This document shows, one piece after another, positions 57,809-64,000 of a stretch of 64,000 nucleotides of DNA (within the stretch, counting starts at the first letter, position 1; each line of letters opens with the position of its first letter). The position numbers and the translations under genes were made by a program. The notes under the pieces were generated by a model. The model was not told the DNA's origin and did not search any database. It was given only the letters and a program-made list of their open reading frames with translations. Source of the DNA: Candidatus Daviesbacteria bacterium (GTDB lineage Bacteria; Patescibacteriota; Microgenomatia; Daviesbacterales; UBA10151); assembly GCA_028715175.1 (NCBI GenBank), contig JAQUSJ010000001.1, forward strand, positions 610,386 to 674,385. The letters run 5' to 3'.

Positions 57809-58468
57809 ATGGGATCTTTCTGGGAAAAGCCCATTTTCTGGATCATATTTGTACTGCTAGTACTGATTTCTATACCTGTGTTAACTTATTTTTTCAAGCC
57901 ACAAATTTTATCCGGCATAGGTTATATACCCAGTAAGATAAAAAACCTGCAAGCTCCTAAACCGGGAAAGTGTCTAATTCTTGAAGGAAAATATTGTTCT
58001 AAAGCAGAACTTGTAGAACGTATCAGTGCAAAAGGAGAATCTAGTAAGGGAGTTGGGGTTAAAGTAGATCCAGGCACTAAAATATTTTCACCTATAGCTG
58101 GTTCAGCCTCAAAAAGAGAATCTGATACTGGTTTTGTGGCTACTATTAATAATCCTAATGATCCTACTGGTCTAGTGCATGGTATACAAGGTGATATAGT
58201 ATTTTACAACCCAAATACAGAAGACAAAGTTGAAAAGGGACAAGAAATAGGATATGTTGGCACAAAACACTATCCCTCCCCTTTAGGTGATTATAACCTC
58301 CGTATTAGTTCAAATATCATTGAAAATGGTAAGCTAGTTGATAATCCTGGTGCACTACAAAAGCTTTTTCCAGAGGCATTTGAAAATGGCGTTGTAAGGG
58401 TAATTGATCTGCGTAATTCTGATTCTACTGGAAGTGGAATTTTGAATCCTTCCTATAACAAACAATGA
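57809..58468 (+). CDS. Membrane-anchored protein with the same degenerate LytM/M23-like C-terminal domain (paralog 2)
   Basis: It has a different N-terminal TM anchor. The C-terminal ~146 aa are identical to paralog 1. Confidence 0.45.
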   Translation: MGSFWEKPIFWIIFVLLVLISIPVLTYFFKPQILSGIGYIPSKIKNLQAPKPGKCLILEGKYCSKAELVERISAKGESSKGVGVKVDPGTKIFSPIAGSASKRESDTGFVATINNPNDPTGLVHGIQGDIVFYNPNTEDKVEKGQEIGYVGTKHYPSPLGDYNLRISSNIIENGKLVDNPGALQKLFPEAFENGVVRVIDLRNSDSTGSGILNPSYNKQ

Positions 58469-61400
58469 AAAACAAAAGAATTATTTTTCTTAAACTTACA
58501 ATACAGCTTGTTCTACTGTTTATTTTTCTCATTCTGCTTACCCTTGATGTCCCTTTAGTTCAAGCTGATACTAGTTATGTCACACCATTGTATTTACCTG
58601 CCGCAGGTGGTCTCGGATACATACCATGTAATGATGCTAGCGAATGTAATCTGGGCGCTTGTTTTAATAGCCAGGCTGTGGGAGTAACTGATTGTGGACA
58701 ACCTTGTCAAGGTGGAATTACCTGGACAAAATATGACTACTATGGCTGTCAACAAAACTGGATCAATTTTGACACGGGAGAAGAAGAATGTCGACCAATT
58801 TACATTCAAGGCGGTTCTGTCTGTTCTACCGGGGATAAATGCGTCTCAGGAGAAACAGGATTAAGATCTGGAAGCTGTAGTTGTGGCGGTTATAGTTCAA
58901 GCATATACAAGTACTGTTGTACCTCTGCAGGAGCAGCTGAAGCATGCACTACTGCTGGCGCCACTCAAGACAATAATCCTCCACCGGAAGGACGGTGTCC
59001 GGGAGGGTATATTACAGATGAAAATAGAGTAAGAAGTTCTGCTTGTACTGCTTCCCCTACTCCAACCCCTTCCCCTGCACCCATCTGTCAGAATAACTCT
59101 GACTGTGGGACTTGTAGAAGATGCTGTATAAATCCGCCAAGTAACTATTGCTCTACTTTAAACTATGAATGCTCCGGGACTTTAATCCCTGGCTGTGTCA
59201 GCTGTCAGTGCCAGTATAGCCAAACTTGTAACAGCGGGGCAGGAGTCCAGACTTGCAATGGCAGATATAATAGCTCTGGTATTTGTGTCTACTCCTCTCT
59301 CTGTGATCCAAATTGCAGCGAATGCACTTCCTCTTCCAATCCTCCTCCTGCCACCCCTCCTCCTGCTCCTCCCCCTCCTCCTCCCGGATGTTCTTTTTCC
59401 AACTGTGGTGCTTCAGGCTGCCAGCCTGACCAAAGATATGTTTCCGGAACTTGTTCATATGCCTGGTACTTTGGTCCTGCCTGTTACTATGATGCAAGCT
59501 GTGGTGGTGGGGGTGGCGGGGATAATTATGTTGCACCCACCACCGGCCCAAATTGCACTTCCGATGACATCATGTATTTTGATCCTCCAGCCCCTAAACA
59601 AGATCAACCTTTTACGATTAATGTTTTGTCCAAAGGACCCTCGGGAAGGTATCTTTCCATAGCTTTGGATATTACCACCCCTTTAGACCCGGCTGGTGTT
59701 CAGGTAGTCACCTCCCCGTCATACCCGGACATCCCTTCCTTTTATCAGGTCCAGGGTTATCAATACAGCTGGCAATGGCTGATTGGTAAAGCTGAAAGTG
59801 GACCCACTCCCTATCTTTTTGAGTTCAGCATCAATGGCCGCAGCCAATACTGTGTTTCCAATATACTTTATGTTGATCCTCCCAGCATCTCTGCCTGGAT
59901 AAAAGCTTCCGGAGACGTTCACAGCAATGACTGGATAAGAGCTTCCGGTGGACCGGATGCCATTACCTACCAGGGTATAATTTGTCCTGCCCAAAGCCAA
60001 AACCCCAGGGTAACAGGAGGATTAATCACTACTTACGGCTTATCTGATAATTTTGGCAATTCCGAAGCTATCTGTGTGGTGGGCAGTTCTGCTCCTTTTG
60101 CTCCTTTTAAGCTTCTTACTTATGATGATCTAAAATCACTCTACTTTACCCAATCCAAACTTGGTCCGGATCAAAAAATTACTTTGACCGGTAACCAAAC
60201 CCAATCCTCCCTCACAAATCCCATTAACTTATCCTCCCAGGCATTACTACCTCAACCCACTAACTTCCTAGCCAGCTTTAAAAACCTCATCCAAAAACTG
60301 GTTAACCCCATCTCAGAAGTCTTTGCCCAATCAGCGCCTGCCTGTTCCGGGGATATATGTACTGATTGTCTGATCAATAACCAGGGAGATCCAACTGCTT
60401 TTCTTAAGTTTTATGAAGATAATGGCTGGGACATAAGTTGCGGCAGTCAAACAGGCATAATCCAGAATTGGTGTAACGCTACCAGCGAGCAGGCCACAGC
60501 TCAATGCAATTCCATGAAGAGTGGTGTTTGTGCCATAGCATGTGGTAATACCCCCAGTCCAGGCACAAATCAGTTGACCGGTAATCTCTGGGACGGCACT
60601 AATTTTAATACGCCTGATGGCGGCGCCCCATCCGGACCTTCCTTATCAGCTCCGGTTCCTGACACAGCCACAGCCTTAGATCAAAACTGGGGTACCGGTG
60701 CGCCAAACTCCACTGTGGGATCTGATACTTTCTCAGGCAGATGGCAGGGTAACTTTACCTTTAAGGCAGGAACTTACACCTTTTATGCCGGAGCGGATGA
60801 CGGGGTCAGACTGAAAATTGACGGAGTAACCAGGATCAACAGCTGGGTTGATACAGGCTATACTGAGAGAAGCTATACTCAAATATTTTCTTCCCAGGCC
60901 AAACACCTAATCGAGCTTGAATACTATGAAAATGGCGGAGATGCCAGAGTTTCTTTGCGCTGGAGTCATGCAGCGTTTGCCTGTTCCGGGGATACATGCA
61001 CGGATTGTCTGATCAGCAAGCAGGGAGATCCTCCTAATTTCCTCCGGTTTTATCAAAATAATGGCTGGGACATAAGTTGCAGTAACCAGACTGCCATAGT
61101 TGCCAACTGGTGCAACACCACTGATCCTTCAGGCTGTACTGCTTTAAAGTCCGGCAGCTGTGCCACAGCATGTGGTTATGTAGCCCCTACTCCCACACCA
61201 ACCCCTACTCCAACACCTCCTGTACTGGATAAGCTCTATCATATTACCGGAGACTTAACTGTAGAAAGCAACATGACTGTTGGTAAAACAGGAATTATTT
61301 TCATAGATGGCAATTTATCGATTAACACTAATCTGACTCATACAAGTAGTAATGCCGGATTGGTATTGGCGGTAAAAGGAGATGTCACTGTCAATCCTTC

Positions 61401-61677
61401 AGTTACCCGGATTGATGCAGTTATTATCTCTTCCGGGAAAATCTACACTGCAGGTTCCGGCTGCAACCACGGCTCACCTGTGACTGCCAACCAGCTGGTC
61501 ATTAACGGCAGTTTAATATCTTTAGACAGCAACAAAAACATTGAATTTTGCCGGACTCTTGGAAGCAACAACAATACCACCAAGCCGGCCGAACTGATCA
61601 ACAACCAGCCCAAATATCTGGTCATTTTGCGCAATCTCTTTTCCCAAACCTACCAGAAATGGGAAGAAATACCATAA
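58465..61677 (+). CDS. Giant secreted Cys-rich/Pro-rich protein with a PA14 domain, two copies of a ~70-aa Cys-rich module and a C-terminal beta-helix-like region
   Basis: It has a signal/TM N-terminus. PA14 is identified by FSGRWQGNFTFKAGTYTFYAGADDGVRLKIDG...ELEYYENGGDARVSLRW. ACSGD(I/T)CTDCLI..QGDP..FL.FY.(D/N)NGWDISC..Q..I..NWCN occurs twice. There are PPPAPPPPPPG and PTPTPTPTPTP linkers. Confidence 0.6.
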   Translation: MKNKRIIFLKLTIQLVLLFIFLILLTLDVPLVQADTSYVTPLYLPAAGGLGYIPCNDASECNLGACFNSQAVGVTDCGQPCQGGITWTKYDYYGCQQNWINFDTGEEECRPIYIQGGSVCSTGDKCVSGETGLRSGSCSCGGYSSSIYKYCCTSAGAAEACTTAGATQDNNPPPEGRCPGGYITDENRVRSSACTASPTPTPSPAPICQNNSDCGTCRRCCINPPSNYCSTLNYECSGTLIPGCVSCQCQYSQTCNSGAGVQTCNGRYNSSGICVYSSLCDPNCSECTSSSNPPPATPPPAPPPPPPGCSFSNCGASGCQPDQRYVSGTCSYAWYFGPACYYDASCGGGGGGDNYVAPTTGPNCTSDDIMYFDPPAPKQDQPFTINVLSKGPSGRYLSIALDITTPLDPAGVQVVTSPSYPDIPSFYQVQGYQYSWQWLIGKAESGPTPYLFEFSINGRSQYCVSNILYVDPPSISAWIKASGDVHSNDWIRASGGPDAITYQGIICPAQSQNPRVTGGLITTYGLSDNFGNSEAICVVGSSAPFAPFKLLTYDDLKSLYFTQSKLGPDQKITLTGNQTQSSLTNPINLSSQALLPQPTNFLASFKNLIQKLVNPISEVFAQSAPACSGDICTDCLINNQGDPTAFLKFYEDNGWDISCGSQTGIIQNWCNATSEQATAQCNSMKSGVCAIACGNTPSPGTNQLTGNLWDGTNFNTPDGGAPSGPSLSAPVPDTATALDQNWGTGAPNSTVGSDTFSGRWQGNFTFKAGTYTFYAGADDGVRLKIDGVTRINSWVDTGYTERSYTQIFSSQAKHLIELEYYENGGDARVSLRWSHAAFACSGDTCTDCLISKQGDPPNFLRFYQNNGWDISCSNQTAIVANWCNTTDPSGCTALKSGSCATACGYVAPTPTPTPTPTPPVLDKLYHITGDLTVESNMTVGKTGIIFIDGNLSINTNLTHTSSNAGLVLAVKGDVTVNPSVTRIDAVIISSGKIYTAGSGCNHGSPVTANQLVINGSLISLDSNKNIEFCRTLGSNNNTTKPAELINNQPKYLVILRNLFSQTYQKWEEIP

Positions 61678-61678
61678 T

Positions 61679-61755
61679 AGCTGTCAGTCTTCAGCTATCA
61701 GCTTTCAAACCAGTAACAAAAAGTCTGACGACTGACGACTGAAAGCTGATAACTA
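61679..61755. repeat. NNNTCAG-heptamer palindromic element between convergent genes (PA14 protein / dksA-like)
   Basis: The sequence is gctgtcagtcttcagctatcagctttcaaaccagtaacaaaaagtctgacgactgacgactgaaagctgataact. Confidence 0.8.
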
Positions 61756-62115
61756 TTTCCCGAAATTTTTCTTTGAACAGGCTACACAGTACTGAGCTGT
61801 AGGCATGGCTAAAAGCCTGCCAATCTCAATCTGTTTACCGCAATTCTCACATTTTCCATAAGTGCCGTTCTTAATCTTTTGCAGAGCTACCTTTATACTG
61901 GTTTTAGCATCTGTCAACTTTTTTCCCAACACTATACTTTTACCGTGAGTTTCAGCAATATAAGAATCCGTACCTGGTTCCGAGGATTCTACCAGAGCAG
62001 GTGATTTTGCCGGATCGTCTTCGGTAACAAGCTTTAAATTTTTCTCTACCTCTTTTTGCTGCCTTAAGAGGTGTTTTTGGATAAACTCAAGGGTTTTTTT
62101 AGGAAAATTTGACAT
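61753..62115 (-). CDS. DksA/TraR-family C4-type zinc-finger protein
   Basis: A C-terminal CxxC...CxxC (CENCGKQIEIGRLLAMPTAQYCVAC) follows a coiled-coil N-terminus. Confidence 0.6.
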   Translation of the reverse strand: MSNFPKKTLEFIQKHLLRQQKEVEKNLKLVTEDDPAKSPALVESSEPGTDSYIAETHGKSIVLGKKLTDAKTSIKVALQKIKNGTYGKCENCGKQIEIGRLLAMPTAQYCVACSKKNFGK

Positions 62116-62986
62116 TTGATCTCCGCAATATCTTCTTCAGATTCCGTAATCTCCAACCAATTGCCGTTTTTTGATTATACCAAGTTTTGCTTAAAGTTTG
62201 TACAACATCTTTTCTGGTATCGGGATCAGTAAAAAACTTTATTAAAAATTGTCCTAAAATTTTCAAATGCTCTATTGGGGTTTGTTTATTAAGACGGTAA
62301 AAAATAGTAGCTCCCAGAAGTATAAAAACTACCGAAAATATTACTCCCGAGTGATCCTGCCTGAAAGGCTCAAGAACCAGTTTAGAGATTCCAATATAGA
62401 CAAGTGCCAAACTCACTATCTTGCCCCTTTGATGAAAATGGGTCGCCTGGGACCAAACGTTTACCAAACTTACGGTTAAAAATAACGCCTCCATGATTTG
62501 AATAGGCCACCTTTTACCTATGCTTCCTATCATAGTTACTGCAAAAAATGCTTTGGAAGAAGAACCAACATCGCATCCTCCTAAAAAACAGCCGATATCG
62601 GACATGATTAACCCCCCCAATAGCCCAACTACGGCAATATCAGCCAATTGCCAAAAATTCAGGCGTTTCCGCCTGGCAAGGAAATATAGGGTAAGCCAGC
62701 CACCCAAAATCCCGCCCCAAAAAGACAGTCCCGGAGCTTTATTAATCAAAATCAGGTCCAAAGGCGAGCTAAAATCTTGCAGGTGCTCTATTGCAAAATA
62801 AATCCTTGCGCCTAAAAGTCCCCCCAAGAACGTGAGAAGCGTTATATCCAAAGTTTTTTCTTCATCCAACTCCCAGGCGCGGCCTAATCTCCAAACCAAA
62901 AAAATACCTAACAAAAACCCCATTGCCAAAAATACCCCAAATGAAGATAAGGGGTAGCGGCCAATAGAAAATAGTACCGGAAACAT
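62099..62986 (-). CDS. lgt: Prolipoprotein diacylglyceryl transferase
   Basis: It has the Lgt N-terminal helix (SFGVFLAMGFLLGIFL) and the size and multi-TM architecture of Lgt. Confidence 0.75.
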   Translation of the reverse strand: MFPVLFSIGRYPLSSFGVFLAMGFLLGIFLVWRLGRAWELDEEKTLDITLLTFLGGLLGARIYFAIEHLQDFSSPLDLILINKAPGLSFWGGILGGWLTLYFLARRKRLNFWQLADIAVVGLLGGLIMSDIGCFLGGCDVGSSSKAFFAVTMIGSIGKRWPIQIMEALFLTVSLVNVWSQATHFHQRGKIVSLALVYIGISKLVLEPFRQDHSGVIFSVVFILLGATIFYRLNKQTPIEHLKILGQFLIKFFTDPDTRKDVVQTLSKTWYNQKTAIGWRLRNLKKILRRSNVKFS

Positions 62987-63048
62987 ATGCTTGAGGTTAC
63001 CATACTTTAAGGGTTTGAATCAAATTGACAAAACGTGATACACTGAGT

Positions 63049-63128
63049 GATAGCTTTCAGCCATCAGTCTTCAGCTTTCAGATTTTTTTGAGTTATCTAA
63101 CGACTGATAGCTGACATCTGACGACTAT
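63049..63128. repeat. NNNTCAG-heptamer palindromic element in the divergent lgt / 63134 intergenic region
   Basis: The sequence is gatagctttcagccatcagtcttcagctttcagatttttttgagttatctaacgactgatagctgacatctgacgact. Confidence 0.75.
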
Positions 63129-63133
63129 TACAA

Positions 63134-63577
63134 ATGACCGCTACCACACATGCACTTATTGGAGGGGTAATTACCCAATATGTTCCGGATCCGACCATAG
63201 GAATATCCCTTTCTGCCATTTCTCACCCGATTGTAGACATAATTCCCCATTGGGATTTTGGTTTAGGCTGGAAAAGTAAAAAAAAAGCATTGCTTTTTTG
63301 TCAAACCAGCGCTGATTTTATTTTTGGAGTTATCTTAACTTTCTTAATTTTTGGCAATACCACAAATCATTTATACCTCCTCATCTGCATACTTATCTCC
63401 GAATCCTGGGATATTTTACAAATGCCGTATTTACTGCTAAATTGGAAATTCTTACCTTTTTCGGCGTTTTACCACGTTGGAAGTGCTACAAATAATAAAG
63501 CTGGCATGTTCTGGGGTGTTATTTCGCAAATTGCAACTGTCGGAGTATTAGTTTTAATTCTTAGAACTATTCACTAA
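63134..63577 (+). CDS. Hypothetical membrane protein (possibly DUF457-like membrane-bound hydrolase)
   Basis: It is 147 aa with 3-4 hydrophobic helices. Family assignment is weak. Confidence 0.35.
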   Translation: MTATTHALIGGVITQYVPDPTIGISLSAISHPIVDIIPHWDFGLGWKSKKKALLFCQTSADFIFGVILTFLIFGNTTNHLYLLICILISESWDILQMPYLLLNWKFLPFSAFYHVGSATNNKAGMFWGVISQIATVGVLVLILRTIH

Positions 63578-64000
63578 TTCTTGAAGAAACGCGCTAAATT
63601 CTTCACCTATCTCAGGATGAGATCTGGCCAGCTCTACTACTGTTTTCATATACTCCAGCTTGTTTCCGGTATCATAATACTTGCCGTTTTCAATCTCTAC
63701 GGCATAAATCGGAACTCCTTCGTCACGTAACATATTGATGGCATCAACCAGCCAAATTTCCCCGTTTTGACCAGGATTGAGCCGCTTAAGCGCGCCAAAT
63801 ATCTCCGGAGGCAGAATATAAGCCCCATGAGTGGCAATGTTGGAAGGTGCCTGCTCCGGATTGGGTTTTTCCACAATGGCCTTAATTTTATAAACATTTC
63901 CTTCCACCGGTTCCAAATCAGCGATACCATAACGGCTTAAATCTTCTTTTTTTTGAATCTTAACACCCGAAATAACAATACCCCCATATTTCTCGTGAAC
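63554..64000 (-). CDS. galU: UTP--glucose-1-phosphate uridylyltransferase (GalU-like), C-terminal part; the gene continues past the window end
   Basis: GAYILPPEIF...GEIWLVDAINML...YAVEIENGKYYDTGNKLEYMK is colinear with the GalU C-terminal half. The reading frame stays open to position 64000. Confidence 0.65.
   Translation of the reverse strand, partial: VHEKYGGIVISGVKIQKKEDLSRYGIADLEPVEGNVYKIKAIVEKPNPEQAPSNIATHGAYILPPEIFGALKRLNPGQNGEIWLVDAINMLRDEGVPIYAVEIENGKYYDTGNKLEYMKTVVELARSHPEIGEEFSAFLQELVNSSKN

Overview
This is a low-GC, gene-dense bacterial chromosome segment. Its gene content (archaeal-type TyrRS, S16 with a long tail, a streamlined core, abundant pilus and surface genes) is consistent with a CPR/Patescibacteria-like organism, though that is inference.

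The core genes read clearly:
- tyrS, recG, rpmF, nusB, an ACP-like gene, rnc, rpsP, a KH-domain gene and trmD.
- gyrB, then murC, murI, murD, alr and ddl, then gyrA.
- A P-type ATPase, ruvC, yebC, a KefB-like antiporter, rluA, a two-component pair, a dksA-like gene, lgt and the 3' end of galU.

A roughly 14.5-kb minus-strand type IV pilus operon runs pilB, pilT, pilC, pilD, eight pilin or minor-pilin genes, a PilX-like gene, a 643-aa unknown protein, then pilM, pilN and pilO.

The accessory content is unusual:
1. A family of small palindromic repeats built from 7-nt units (NNNTCAG) sits at many operon boundaries. It is also inserted in frame inside gyrB, gyrA, murD and pilD.
2. An IS200-like/RAYT-like gene is flanked by REP-like CCACCCCWGGGGTGG hairpins, and in-frame REP copies sit inside murC and murD.
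3. recG and the rpsP tail carry GC-rich palindromic in-frame insertions.
4. A surface-protein cassette has two cohesin-like proteins plus a 773-aa cysteine-rich protein with a dockerin-like C-terminus. It is bracketed by two tyrosine recombinases, TGTCAT...ATGACA inverted-repeat elements and a 900-bp non-coding gap.
5. A GIY-YIG nuclease gene sits inside a TGTCAT-bounded mini-element.
6. Two tandem paralogs carry a degenerate M23/LytM-like domain and share about 439 bp of identical sequence. They are followed by a 1070-aa PA14-domain secreted protein that shares a cysteine-rich module with the dockerin-like protein.
7. Two type II toxin-antitoxin pairs are present (DinJ-YafQ and HicB-HicA).

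No rRNA, tRNA or CRISPR array was recognised.
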